Below, one piece after another: positions 49,303-58,616 of a stretch of 64,000 bases of DNA. The notes below the pieces were generated by a model, which was not told the origin of the DNA, did no database searches, and saw nothing but the letters and a program-made list of their open reading frames with translations. Source of the DNA: an uncultured Woeseiaceae bacterium (lineage in GTDB: Bacteria; Pseudomonadota; Gammaproteobacteria; Steroidobacterales; Woeseiaceae); NCBI GenBank assembly GCA_945787845.1, contig CALZJH010000009.1:35208-99207 (forward strand), read 5' to 3'. The position numbers and the translations under genes are program-made. Position 1 is the first letter of the stretch, and every line of letters starts with the position of its first letter.

Positions 49303-51252
49303 CTAACGGCGCTTGGTGTCGACCTTGCCGCCGGAGATATCCATTTCCGCCGTTTCGTCGTCGTTCGCGACCGGCATTTCCGCCGTCTTTTCGTCGTTTG
49401 ACATGTTAACTGTAACGGCTGCGGTTGCGTCGAGCTGTTGCTGAGTTTCTGTATCCACCGTTTCGTCGTCGGCTACCGGCATCTCTGCGGTCTCATCGAG
49501 TTCCGATACGTCGGCAAGCGGCATCTCGGATGTCTCGTCGTCGAGCGAAGTCTCGTCGAGTGTCGCACTCAGGTCTGCCGCGGCACGTTCGATCTCCGTG
49601 TTCAGGGCCTGCGTTGCGGTAAGTTCGGCTTCGTAGTCCTGTGCGAGAATCTCGGCAACGTCTTCGTTGATCGTGTACTCGTCGGTGGGCGATATGTCCT
49701 GGTCGACCGTGTACTCATCGGTCAACGAGTCATCGGTGTCGAACTGAGGCGCCTGGGTTGCATCGAGAATAATTGACATTTCGAAGTCGTCGTCCTGAGG
49801 CAGGATTTCACTCTCCAGAATCGAATCCGCTTTGACGCGCGGCGGGGGCAGGCCCTCCGCGGAGTCGTCGACCGGCTGCGGCTCAAACGGCAGCTCGATA
49901 TCGACATCGGTCGGTGCGGCGAAGCAGAAGTCCTGCGCGACCTCCATGTCCGTACCATCGGCCAGACCGGTGCCGAGAACGAGGTCGGCGTCGAGAGCGA
50001 GGTTCTCTTCGGTCGGCGAGTCGTCTTCGATATCGTAGACGTCCTCTGCCAGCTCATGGCCTGTGGCGCTGGCGGCTGCGGCACCGACGGGTGTCGAGCC
50101 GAAGCGTTCGCGAATACGACGGCCGAAGAGCACCAGCAGGCCAAAGATGGCGAGGCCGCCGCCAATAAACCAGGCGAGCATCGATGTTGATTCGCTGCGC
50201 GATCCGGTGCTGATAATCGCGGTCGGTACGTTGGGCGACTCGGACGCTGTCGTCGGGCCTTGGAGCTCGGTATCGGGAATCGTAACCGTCGCTTCCGGTT
50301 CGACGTAAGGATTGCCACTTTCGACAACATTGTTGTCGGCACTGACTTCCCGGCTCACCTCAGTCACAAGTGTTTCGCTGGCGGCCGCGTCACTAACAAC
50401 CGGCTGGGCCGCATCATCAAAAATGGGCGGTTCGTAAATAGCGCCATCGACGGTTTCCACGGGCGGCAACTCGGCCGCCGTCGCCACCGCCGGGGCTGCG
50501 GCAGGCGCAGCCACGCTCACGACAGGGGCTGAACCGTCGAGGCTCGGGATTGTCAACCAGGCGCCAGCCTTGAGTTTATTCGGGTCGTTGTCGATAAAGG
50601 CGTCGGGGTTCGCCACGAAAATCGTATTGACCGCGGGCCACAGGCTTATCGAGCGGTTTTCGATGCGGCTGACAATCTCGCCCAGCGTCTCACCGGGTTT
50701 CACCTGGTAGCGCGTCGACTGGCCAATAGGCGTGGTGTCCGTAGTTCTCGCAGGCCGCGTAGATGTGCGTGCGACGGGCTGCGGCGCCGGGGCAGCAACA
50801 GGCGCAGCTTGCGAGGCAGCAGCGGCAGCCCGGACCTCCGCAACGGCGGCCGGATCGACGAACAGCATGTACTCGCGGCTGAGGTTAGGCGTGTACCGGC
50901 AGTTGATCGTGACGCGCGTCGCCATCATGGGCTCGCGAATCATGGTCTCGCCTGTAATCAGTATGGCGGTGTCAGTCACGCTGATCGTGCTGCGTCCAAT
51001 ACCTGGCAGATCGCTGGTCGAACGGCCACCGCCGACCGACACACAGGTATCGCTGAGCATTTCGTTGGGTGCGAGCGCATAGGCGATGCTCGCTCGCAGC
51101 GGCTGCCCGAGATTCGATTGCACGGTAAGTTCACCCAGTTCCAGCGCCGCAGCCGGTGTCACTGCAAGGCCGCCGCCAAGTGCGACCAGAGGCAAGAAAG
51201 CGCGCTTCGAGGCGCGATCCTTCGCATGCATTGGAGTAAGTGTTTTGTTCAC
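49303..51252 (-). CDS. FimV/HubP-family paralog (N-terminal FimV domain, LysM-like region, one TM helix, acidic tail)
   Basis: The N-terminal FimV domain reads LELGELTVQSNLGQPLRASIAY...EYMLFVDP. The LysM-like region is YQVKPGETLGEIVSRI...NPDAFIDNDPNKLKAGAWLTIPS. The TM helix is MLAWFIGGGLAIFGLLVLF and the C-terminus is highly acidic. The start is a GTG at 51252, and the ATG at 51231 is also possible. Confidence 0.7.
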   Translation of the reverse strand: MNKTLTPMHAKDRASKRAFLPLVALGGGLAVTPAAALELGELTVQSNLGQPLRASIAYALAPNEMLSDTCVSVGGGRSTSDLPGIGRSTISVTDTAILITGETMIREPMMATRVTINCRYTPNLSREYMLFVDPAAVAEVRAAAAASQAAPVAAPAPQPVARTSTRPARTTDTTPIGQSTRYQVKPGETLGEIVSRIENRSISLWPAVNTIFVANPDAFIDNDPNKLKAGAWLTIPSLDGSAPVVSVAAPAAAPAVATAAELPPVETVDGAIYEPPIFDDAAQPVVSDAAASETLVTEVSREVSADNNVVESGNPYVEPEATVTIPDTELQGPTTASESPNVPTAIISTGSRSESTSMLAWFIGGGLAIFGLLVLFGRRIRERFGSTPVGAAAASATGHELAEDVYDIEDDSPTEENLALDADLVLGTGLADGTDMEVAQDFCFAAPTDVDIELPFEPQPVDDSAEGLPPPRVKADSILESEILPQDDDFEMSIILDATQAPQFDTDDSLTDEYTVDQDISPTDEYTINEDVAEILAQDYEAELTATQALNTEIERAAADLSATLDETSLDDETSEMPLADVSELDETAEMPVADDETVDTETQQQLDATAAVTVNMSNDEKTAEMPVANDDETAEMDISGGKVDTKRR

Positions 51253-51400
51253 TTCATGTTCCTCGAAATATTCTTGCCGGACTCAGTCTAGGATTAAGGC
51301 GCATCCATGGCTAAGAACCTATTCTAGTTTTTTGGCGGAACCACCTGTTAGCGGGTGGTTCAGAGAGTAGCGTGTGACACGCGTCACACTTTGCCGGGCG

Positions 51401-53512
51401 TCAGGTAGCCTGTGCGGCGGTCAAATCGTCAAGGGTCGTATTGATGACGTCGCGATCGGTGTCTTGCAGGACCACTTCGGGTTCGTGAACATAATGTCCC
51501 TGCATGAAGTCGAGACCGAGCTGGAACAGGACGGCCATGGCGTTGGCGTTTTCCACACGTTCTGCAATGGTTTTGATCTCGCGTGACTGAGCTGCCAGCA
51601 CGATCTTCTTGACCGCGGCCTGCATGGATTCGTCCGTCATCAGCGTATGCATGAGTTCGCCGTCAATCTTGATGTAGTCGGGCTTGAGGATATCCAGAAT
51701 CTGGAAGCGGTCGCGATCCACGCCATAGTGTTCGAGCGCAAATCCGATTCCGAGTTTGCGCGTGTGCCTCACCAGCGTCCTGGTCTGCTTGATATGCTTG
51801 GCAGCGCCAGTTTCCGGAATCTGGACGACGAGGCGCGAACAGTCAAAATCGCTTTCGTCGAGTTTCTGCTGTATCCATGCGGCGGTCGATGAGTCCGTCA
51901 GTGATTGCTCGGACAGCCGCACGAACACACGATCTGCATCATTTTTCGCACAGAAATCCATCGCCGCCGTCAGCATCCACCGGTCAATGTTCTTCATCAT
52001 GTTGTTGCGTTCCGCGGCGGGAATGAATTCGGACGGAAGCACGGAATTATTCTGCTCGTCGATCATGCGCACGAGAAGGTCATACATCTGGATGGAATCG
52101 CTGCGCAGACCGGCAATTGGCAACTGTGCGAGACGGAACCGATTGTCCATCAATGCGGCCTTCAGGTGCTTGACCCAGATAGCGTCGAACTCTCGTTGCT
52201 TCGTATCTTCGTCAGCAGCTTCGCTGAGGCATGACGTGCTGCCGCCTTCTTCCTTCCCTAGCTGGTACGCACTTACGGCGGCTGCAACGAAGTCTTCGAG
52301 ACTCTCAAATATCTCATTAGCGCCGCAGGCGCCAACCGTACACGTCATGTGCGTCGACGTGTCACCCACTTCGAAGGTGACGCTTTCAAGATGATCGATC
52401 AGTTGTTTGCCCCAGACCTGTGCATCCCTGGCGCTGCCGCGCTCCAGCAGGACCATGAGCGAGGTGCCTTCGAAGCGCCCGGCAACATCACGCGGCTGCA
52501 TCCGCTTGCGGACGACTTCAGCAAACTGCGCAAGAATTTCCTCGGACCGGATGATGCCAACCTTGTCTCGGACCTCGCCGAACTTGTCGGGCTTGATGTA
52601 GACCAGGCAGTGCGTGCCGGAAGCGGGTTTGCGTTTCAGGCGCTTGGCGATGCGTTCGAGAAACTGTGCGCGGTGGAAAAACAACGTCGTCGGGTCACGC
52701 TTGAGGGCATCGTGAACGAGTTTGGTGGGTTCCTCCGCAACCTTGAGTTGCGGGGCGATACGAATCTGCACGTTCGGGCCGTCATCGAGGTCGATCTTCC
52801 GGAACTCCAGGCGAAGTTCTTCGGCGTCCCCCGAGTCGATGTGAGTCTTGACGATGAGCTTCTCGTCTCGCTGCCATTTGCCCGCAATCGTGGCGACCAG
52901 CGCACCCTTCAGAGCAGCCTGGCTCTCGGGCTCGAAGTAGTCCATGACAGGCAGACCAATCAGCTCGTCGCATTCCTTGATCTTGAACTGCTTTAGCCAC
53001 GCATCGTTGACGTCAGTGAAGATACCTTCCTGCACCAGTGCGTAGCTGCTGGCCGACGTGGCCATATGGTCTTTAAGATGCCTCTTGTATTCGGTCGCGG
53101 ACTGCAGTGTGGAGTTCAGTGCTCGCTCGACCCGTAAAGCGCGTAACTCACGGGAGACGACTGACTGCAGGCGCTTTTTCAGGCCCATCGAAACCAGGTC
53201 GCACGCGCCGGAACGCATTGCCGACTCGATGTCGGCTTCTTCCGCGTTTTCCTGCATTACGATGACCGGGACCTCGGGGTTGTAACGGTCCTTTTGCTTG
53301 ACTACCTGCCGAATCGAGTCGGGGTAGCTGTCACAATTCAGGATCAGCAGTTCGACCATCTCGGCCGCCAGCGTATCGGCCAGCCGGGTTGGGTTGGCCG
53401 TCCAGTGACAATGCGCCGCAAGACCCGCGTCGCGAAGTGCACTGTTGATCAGCTCTACGTCGTCCTGATGTTCGCTCAGGACCGCAATTGATATGCTTTG
53501 GCGCCCGTTCAA
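51401..53512 (-). CDS. FimX-like c-di-GMP sensor: degenerate REC - PAS - degenerate GGDEF - degenerate EAL
   Basis: The protein is 703 aa. The GGDEF site reads RFEGT. The EAL site reads YDLLVR, and DDFGTG is replaced by EHYGVD. The EAL-domain fold is otherwise intact (KIDGELM, AERVENANAMAVLFQLGLDFMQGHY). It has a TTG start. Confidence 0.72.
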   Translation of the reverse strand: MNGRQSISIAVLSEHQDDVELINSALRDAGLAAHCHWTANPTRLADTLAAEMVELLILNCDSYPDSIRQVVKQKDRYNPEVPVIVMQENAEEADIESAMRSGACDLVSMGLKKRLQSVVSRELRALRVERALNSTLQSATEYKRHLKDHMATSASSYALVQEGIFTDVNDAWLKQFKIKECDELIGLPVMDYFEPESQAALKGALVATIAGKWQRDEKLIVKTHIDSGDAEELRLEFRKIDLDDGPNVQIRIAPQLKVAEEPTKLVHDALKRDPTTLFFHRAQFLERIAKRLKRKPASGTHCLVYIKPDKFGEVRDKVGIIRSEEILAQFAEVVRKRMQPRDVAGRFEGTSLMVLLERGSARDAQVWGKQLIDHLESVTFEVGDTSTHMTCTVGACGANEIFESLEDFVAAAVSAYQLGKEEGGSTSCLSEAADEDTKQREFDAIWVKHLKAALMDNRFRLAQLPIAGLRSDSIQMYDLLVRMIDEQNNSVLPSEFIPAAERNNMMKNIDRWMLTAAMDFCAKNDADRVFVRLSEQSLTDSSTAAWIQQKLDESDFDCSRLVVQIPETGAAKHIKQTRTLVRHTRKLGIGFALEHYGVDRDRFQILDILKPDYIKIDGELMHTLMTDESMQAAVKKIVLAAQSREIKTIAERVENANAMAVLFQLGLDFMQGHYVHEPEVVLQDTDRDVINTTLDDLTAAQAT

Positions 53513-53752
53513 GTCCTAATCCCTGGCAAACCGGTCGGTTCCCCGCGATGTCCATATTCTGTTAATAATTATGGAGTCTAGACACTGTGGGGAGGGGAGT
53601 CCCGGCCCGGAGTCCAAAACCGTGACCTGAATCAAGTTTCGGCGAGTTTTGAAGCCATTTCTGGCCGAAATTTCGGCTGGCGCCGAACGTTGACTTCGGT
53701 ATCATAGCGCCTCGCCGCCTACCTGCGGCCCTGCTTCTTGAGAGCGATAACC

Positions 53753-54319
53753 ATGGCAAATTACAGCACCAACGAATTCCGGTCCGGCTTGAGGATCATC
53801 ATTGATGGCGACCCCTGCATTATTGTGGACAACGAATTCGTAAAACCCGGCAAAGGCCAGGCTTTCAACCGCGCCAGGATCAAGAATCTCAAGACCGGGA
53901 AGACCGTCGACAAGACCTTCAAATCGGGCGATTCGGTCGAGGCTGCCGACGTCATGGACACGGAGATGCAGTACCTCTATTCGGACGGAGAGTTCTGGCA
54001 TTTCATGGTGCCGGATACGTTTGAGCAGTACGCCGCAGACGGCAAAGCGGTCGGCGATGCCAAGGACTGGATCACGGACGGCGACATGTGCGGCATTACG
54101 CTGTGGAATAACTCGCCGTTGATCGTTTCTGCGCCAAACTTCGTCGAACTCGAAATCACCGAGACGGACCCCGGGGTCAAGGGTGATACAGCGAGCGGTG
54201 GCGTGAAACCGGCAACCCTGTCGACGGGAGCGGTGGTGCGCGTTCCCTTGTTCGTTGATCAGGGCGAGGTGATCAAGGTCGATACACGCTCACGTGAGTA
54301 CGTGTCGCGCATCAAATAA
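53753..54319 (+). CDS. efp: Elongation factor P
   Basis: The sequence begins [38 protein letters not shown], with Lys34 in the KPGKGQA loop. The start was trimmed to the ATG at 53753. Confidence 0.95.
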   Translation: MANYSTNEFRSGLRIIIDGDPCIIVDNEFVKPGKGQAFNRARIKNLKTGKTVDKTFKSGDSVEAADVMDTEMQYLYSDGEFWHFMVPDTFEQYAADGKAVGDAKDWITDGDMCGITLWNNSPLIVSAPNFVELEITETDPGVKGDTASGGVKPATLSTGAVVRVPLFVDQGEVIKVDTRSREYVSRIK

Positions 54320-54785
54320 AGTACTTGCGCGTTTCCTGCAGCGCGCAGAACGTCTCACATAATTTTTCCACACCCGTCTGGTCGGCCGGGTTGAAACGAC
54401 GAGTTATCGGGCTGTCTATATCGAGCACGCCGATAAGCCGGTCGTGCACGATCAGCGGAACGACAAGTTCGGACCGCGAATCCGGGTCGCACACGATGTG
54501 CCCGGGGAACGAGTGAACATCGGCCACGCGCTGTGTTTCACGCGTCGACGCGGCCGCGCCGCAGACGCCTTCATCCAGCGCGATATGTACGCAGGCGGGT
54601 TTGCCCTGGAATGGACCGAGGACGAGTTCGTCGTCTCGCAAGACGTAGACACCGAGCCAGTTGATTTCCTCTAGCGCGTTGTACAACAACGAGACGAAGT
54701 TGGCGGTCGCGGCAAGCGCGTCGCGCTCACCGTCCAGGAGTGCATGCAGCTGCGAGTTGAGCAGCTTGTAGTTCGTATCGATCAT
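54312..54785 (-). CDS. msrC: GAF-domain protein, free methionine-(R)-sulfoxide reductase-like
   Basis: The 157-aa protein has the three-Cys pattern [19 protein letters not shown]...[19 protein letters not shown], typical of the YebR/fRMsr family. Confidence 0.75.
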   Translation of the reverse strand: MIDTNYKLLNSQLHALLDGERDALAATANFVSLLYNALEEINWLGVYVLRDDELVLGPFQGKPACVHIALDEGVCGAAASTRETQRVADVHSFPGHIVCDPDSRSELVVPLIVHDRLIGVLDIDSPITRRFNPADQTGVEKLCETFCALQETRKYFI

Positions 54786-55753
54786 GCGCCTTCTTCAAAA
54801 GTGAATGTAATTACGTTGCGTATATCGTCGGTCTTGTCGTGGAGCATTTGCAAGCGCTCGAGCCCCATCGCAACCCCGGCACACTGCGGCAAGCCGGCAG
54901 CGAGAGCTGCAAGCAGGTTCTGATCTACCGGTCGAACAGTTTGTCCGCGACGTTTGCGGCTCTCGATGTCCCTGGCAATCCGCGCGGCCTGCTCCGAGGC
55001 GTCCGTCAATTCGACATACCCGTTGGCGAGCTCCAACGGCCCAAGGAAGACTTCGAAACGATCCGCGACTCCGGGATCGCCCGGACAAAGGCGCGCCAGG
55101 GCTGCCTGGCTGGCCGGGTAGTGCTGCAGCACCGTCAGTCGGTTCGCCGCGAACGAGGGAATTACCCGGGTTGCCAGCAGCAGGTCGAGCCAGTCGTCTC
55201 GCTCGCGACCCAGCGCCGCCTGCAGCTGATTATCAGCATCGGCGACACGGATCAGCGCGTCGAGGCTGGCTGTCCGGGCATCAATGCCGACCGTATTGAG
55301 GAAGGCGTCGTAGTAATCGATGCGCACCGGCAATTCCGCCGGTGCCTTATCCGCCAGCACCTGGCTGATGAGTGATGTCGTGTCCTGGATAATTTGAGAC
55401 AGCCCCATGTCGAGGCGATACCACTCCAGCATCGTGAATTCCGGCTGATGCTGTCTACCTGCCTCGCCGTCGCGAAACACTCGGGCGATCGAGAAAATGT
55501 CAGGGTAGCCGGCCGCCAGCAAGCGTTTCATACAGAATTCAGGAGAGGTGTGCAGGAATAACGGTCCGCCACCGACGGCACAGTCTGTGATCTCGAAGCT
55601 TTCTACCTGAATGTCGCTGACTGCCGTTCGGCTTAGGGCGGGTGTGTCGACCTCCAGAACGTTTCTGGTGCCGAAGTAGTCGCGTACCCGCCGCAACATG
55701 GCGGCCCGGCTGCGTGCGGCCTCCGGGCCTGACGCGGGCCGCCAGTCACTCAC
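54782..55753 (-). CDS. epmA: EF-P--(R)-beta-lysine ligase (truncated LysRS paralog)
   Basis: The 323-aa protein has a class II aaRS core without an anticodon domain. Motifs include LEVDTPALS, FRDGEAGRQHQPEFTMLEWY and GVAMGLERL. Confidence 0.88.
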   Translation of the reverse strand: MSDWRPASGPEAARSRAAMLRRVRDYFGTRNVLEVDTPALSRTAVSDIQVESFEITDCAVGGGPLFLHTSPEFCMKRLLAAGYPDIFSIARVFRDGEAGRQHQPEFTMLEWYRLDMGLSQIIQDTTSLISQVLADKAPAELPVRIDYYDAFLNTVGIDARTASLDALIRVADADNQLQAALGRERDDWLDLLLATRVIPSFAANRLTVLQHYPASQAALARLCPGDPGVADRFEVFLGPLELANGYVELTDASEQAARIARDIESRKRRGQTVRPVDQNLLAALAAGLPQCAGVAMGLERLQMLHDKTDDIRNVITFTFEEGA

Positions 55754-56613
55754 TCCGTGGGTCTCTTCAGTTCACCGATCTCGACCCCCATACACAGCGT
55801 GGCGCCTGGTTCCAGATCGTCGTCCCACTCGCACACGCCCCCGGGCAGCAGCATGATGACGGTCGACCCCATGTTGAACCAGCCGAGCAGGTCGCCCTTG
55901 TGCACGGTGGTCGGGTGTCCTGACAGGTCAAGAATGTCGACGACGCCGGATTTGCGTGGACGAATCTCCCCGCTCCACGGTGTCGAGATGCTGCCGACAT
56001 TCAGTGCGCCAACAAAGACAAGGACCGCCGGACCGAAGTCCGTGCGGAAGTGCATGATGAGCCTCTCGTTACGGCGAAACAGCCCGTCGAGGCGGGAAAC
56101 CGTCGCTTCGTTGACGCTGAACAGGTCGCCCGGCACGTAGCGCGCGGCAACGAGTTCACCCGCCATCGGTGCATGAACCCGGTGATAATTGTAGGGCGCG
56201 AGGTAGATTGTCGCGAAGCTGCCGTCCCGATAGTGGTCGGCTTCCGCCAGGTCGGTCACCAGCAGGTCGCCGAGAGAGTAGTCGATGCCCTTCGCCTGGA
56301 AGACGCTATCGGCGCGAATGGCCCCCGCGAAGCTGACGGTACCGTCGACCGGCGACACGATCGTGTTCTCGTCGCCGTCAATGGGTCGTCGTCCGTCGGC
56401 GAGCTCGCGGATAAAGAAATCATTAAACGTCGCGAAATCGCCAGGTACGCTGAGCTTGACCTCCTCGAGATCGACATCGAAGGCGCTGGCGAATCGCGTA
56501 ATCAGGAAATTCTTGATGCGGGTATGCCGAATCCTCGCAATGCGCCAGATTGCCGCTGTGAGCCAGTGACGTGGCAGGAGGTACTGCAAAGCGACAAACG
56601 CGACGGCCTTCAT
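55750..56613 (-). CDS. psd: Phosphatidylserine decarboxylase proenzyme
   Basis: The 287-aa protein carries FNMGSTVI (the G-S-T self-cleavage site) and YHRVHAP. Confidence 0.92.
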   Translation of the reverse strand: MKAVAFVALQYLLPRHWLTAAIWRIARIRHTRIKNFLITRFASAFDVDLEEVKLSVPGDFATFNDFFIRELADGRRPIDGDENTIVSPVDGTVSFAGAIRADSVFQAKGIDYSLGDLLVTDLAEADHYRDGSFATIYLAPYNYHRVHAPMAGELVAARYVPGDLFSVNEATVSRLDGLFRRNERLIMHFRTDFGPAVLVFVGALNVGSISTPWSGEIRPRKSGVVDILDLSGHPTTVHKGDLLGWFNMGSTVIMLLPGGVCEWDDDLEPGATLCMGVEIGELKRPTE

Positions 56614-57029
56614 TGGTCTTCTTCCTCCGGGAAGCTGTAGTTCACTGACAGAACCGGCGTACCGCCGCTGAAGAACTGCAGCGCGACGGTGTCCTCCAGG
56701 TCTTTGGGTCGCATCAGCATCAGGTGCTTACCGCCGCGCTGGAGCGTCACACTGCCGTGTGCCGGTACGATCAATTCAGCCAGCTCGCGCATGCGTGAAA
56801 CACCGTCAGTGATCGTGGTCTCATGGACTTCGACGCTGCCGAACTGCGGACTTTCTACGCTCGTTATGCGCAGCGGCTCGTCGGTGTTATTCGTCAGGAT
56901 CAGGAATCCGGCGCTCATCGGTCGGCCGGGTATCGGCTTCGTAACTTCGAGCTCGCTAGCCACCAGCGGCGGCTTGGGAGCCCCGCAGGCCGCGAGCATG
57001 ACAGCCAGCAAAAGAAGAAAGGCACGCAT
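56610..57029 (-). CDS. Periplasmic copper chaperone PCu(A)C
   Basis: A lipoprotein signal LLAVMLAACG is followed by the Met/His copper motif (MSAGFLILTN...VEVHETT...GGKHLMLM). Confidence 0.85.
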   Translation of the reverse strand: MRAFLLLLAVMLAACGAPKPPLVASELEVTKPIPGRPMSAGFLILTNNTDEPLRITSVESPQFGSVEVHETTITDGVSRMRELAELIVPAHGSVTLQRGGKHLMLMRPKDLEDTVALQFFSGGTPVLSVNYSFPEEEDQ

Positions 57030-57640
57030 TAGCGGCTACTCATCAGGATTGGAAGATCGCGGACATAGTTGTCAACGAGGTGCGGCGAGCCGATCAACGA
57101 GTGGCGATTGCCGTCAGGATCGATAACGTAAACCCCGGCCCAGTGGTCGACAACATAGTTGTCCCCGTCGGTGCCGCGCTTTTCGAAATAGACGCCCAAC
57201 TCCGTCGTTAGCTTGCGAATCTCCTCCATCGGTCCCGTGAGCCCCAGGTTGCCGTCGCCAAAGTGGTCGACGTACTGGCCGAGGATTTCGGGTGTGTCCC
57301 TCTCGGGATCCACGCTGACCAGGACGATGCGGGGCAGGGGCTGTTGTCCCATGTCGGCAAGGGTCTGCTTCGCGGTGGCCAGGACCTGCAGGGTCGCCGG
57401 GCAAACATCGGGGCAATGGGTGAAACCGAAGAACACGAGGTCCCACTGGCCCTCGAATACGCTTTGATCGACCCTGTCGCCATCCTGGTTAAGCAGGGAA
57501 AATGCGGGTACCGGTTCGGGTGCGGGCAGGATCAGCGCGGACTCCGGCGCCGGCGGCGTCGTTGAGCGAATTGCGAGGAAGATGCCGGCAGCAAGCGCGA
57601 CGGCCAATGCGGCGGCGATAACGAGGTTCTTGGGGCTCAT
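57029..57640 (-). CDS. SCO1/SenC-family copper chaperone / thiol-disulfide oxidoreductase
   Basis: The protein has the FGFTHCPDVCP CxxxC motif, a conserved downstream His and an N-terminal membrane anchor. Confidence 0.9.
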   Translation of the reverse strand: MSPKNLVIAAALAVALAAGIFLAIRSTTPPAPESALILPAPEPVPAFSLLNQDGDRVDQSVFEGQWDLVFFGFTHCPDVCPATLQVLATAKQTLADMGQQPLPRIVLVSVDPERDTPEILGQYVDHFGDGNLGLTGPMEEIRKLTTELGVYFEKRGTDGDNYVVDHWAGVYVIDPDGNRHSLIGSPHLVDNYVRDLPILMSSR

Positions 57641-57696
57641 GAAAGTGATCTGTTTATTGCGGACAACCAGGCGACAATTCTACAGGCAGAAAGACC

Positions 57697-58593
57697 ATGA
57701 GCGTGATAGATTCGCGCGGCATGAATGTCGAGCAGCTCATCCGGGAAATCGCAAACCGCTTCGAGGAAGCGGAGCTGACGTATGGGCATGGCACTGACAA
57801 TGCGACGGACGAGGCGGCCTGGCTCGTGTTCGCCAAGCTTGGCCTGCCGCACGATGATGCGCCTGCGGTGTATGCCAACACGGTGTCCGCGGACGAGATG
57901 GCCAGTATCAATGCGCTGGCGGCGCGACGCATTCATGAGCGTATCCCGCTGGCCTACCTGCTTAAGCAGGCCTGGTTCGCCGGGCTGGAGTTTTACGTCG
58001 ATGAACGCGTGCTGGTGCCGCGCTCGCCGCTGGCCGAACTCATTCATAACCGCTTTTCACCCTGGATTGCCCCTTCCGAGGTCCGGCGAGTCGTCGATCT
58101 GGGTACGGGGAGCGGTTGCATCGCAATCGCGACAGCGCTGGCGTTCCCGGAGTCCGTCGTCGATGCCGCCGATATTTGTGAGGACGCGCTCGCCGTCGCT
58201 GATATAAACATCCAGCGGCATGGCCTTGAGGAGCGTGTGCGTACGATCAAGTCCGATTTTTTTGACGCACTCGTCGACGAGCGTTATGACCTTATTATCA
58301 GCAATCCGCCCTATGTCGACCAGGCGGACATGGCATCACGTGCGTCCGAGTTCCGGCACGAACCCGAACTCGGGCTGGCTGCGGGGCAGGACGGTCTGGA
58401 TTGTGCGCACAAGATTCTGCAAGATGCCTCGCGATTTCTTACTGACAATGGAATACTCGTCTGTGAGGTCGGCAACAGCCAGGCAGCGCTGGAAGCTGCC
58501 TACCCGGAACTGCCATTCGTCTGGCTCGATTTCGAGCAGGGCGGCGCTGGTGTGTTCCTGCTGACCCGCATCGATCTGCAGTTTAATAGATAG
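57697..58593 (+). CDS. prmB: Ribosomal protein L3 N5-glutamine methyltransferase
   Basis: [11 protein letters not shown] is the SAM-binding motif. The catalytic motif ISNPPYV is present, and the gene is in its conserved position upstream of aroC. Confidence 0.88.
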   Translation: MSVIDSRGMNVEQLIREIANRFEEAELTYGHGTDNATDEAAWLVFAKLGLPHDDAPAVYANTVSADEMASINALAARRIHERIPLAYLLKQAWFAGLEFYVDERVLVPRSPLAELIHNRFSPWIAPSEVRRVVDLGTGSGCIAIATALAFPESVVDAADICEDALAVADINIQRHGLEERVRTIKSDFFDALVDERYDLIISNPPYVDQADMASRASEFRHEPELGLAAGQDGLDCAHKILQDASRFLTDNGILVCEVGNSQAALEAAYPELPFVWLDFEQGGAGVFLLTRIDLQFNR

Positions 58594-58616
58594 GCAACAG
58601 GCCAGGTAACACACAC

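Noticed and set aside
53562-53759. 65-aa minus-strand ORF in the fimX-like/efp spacer
   Set aside because: It overlaps the efp start. It has no RBS, its composition is basic and low-complexity, and it is most likely non-coding.
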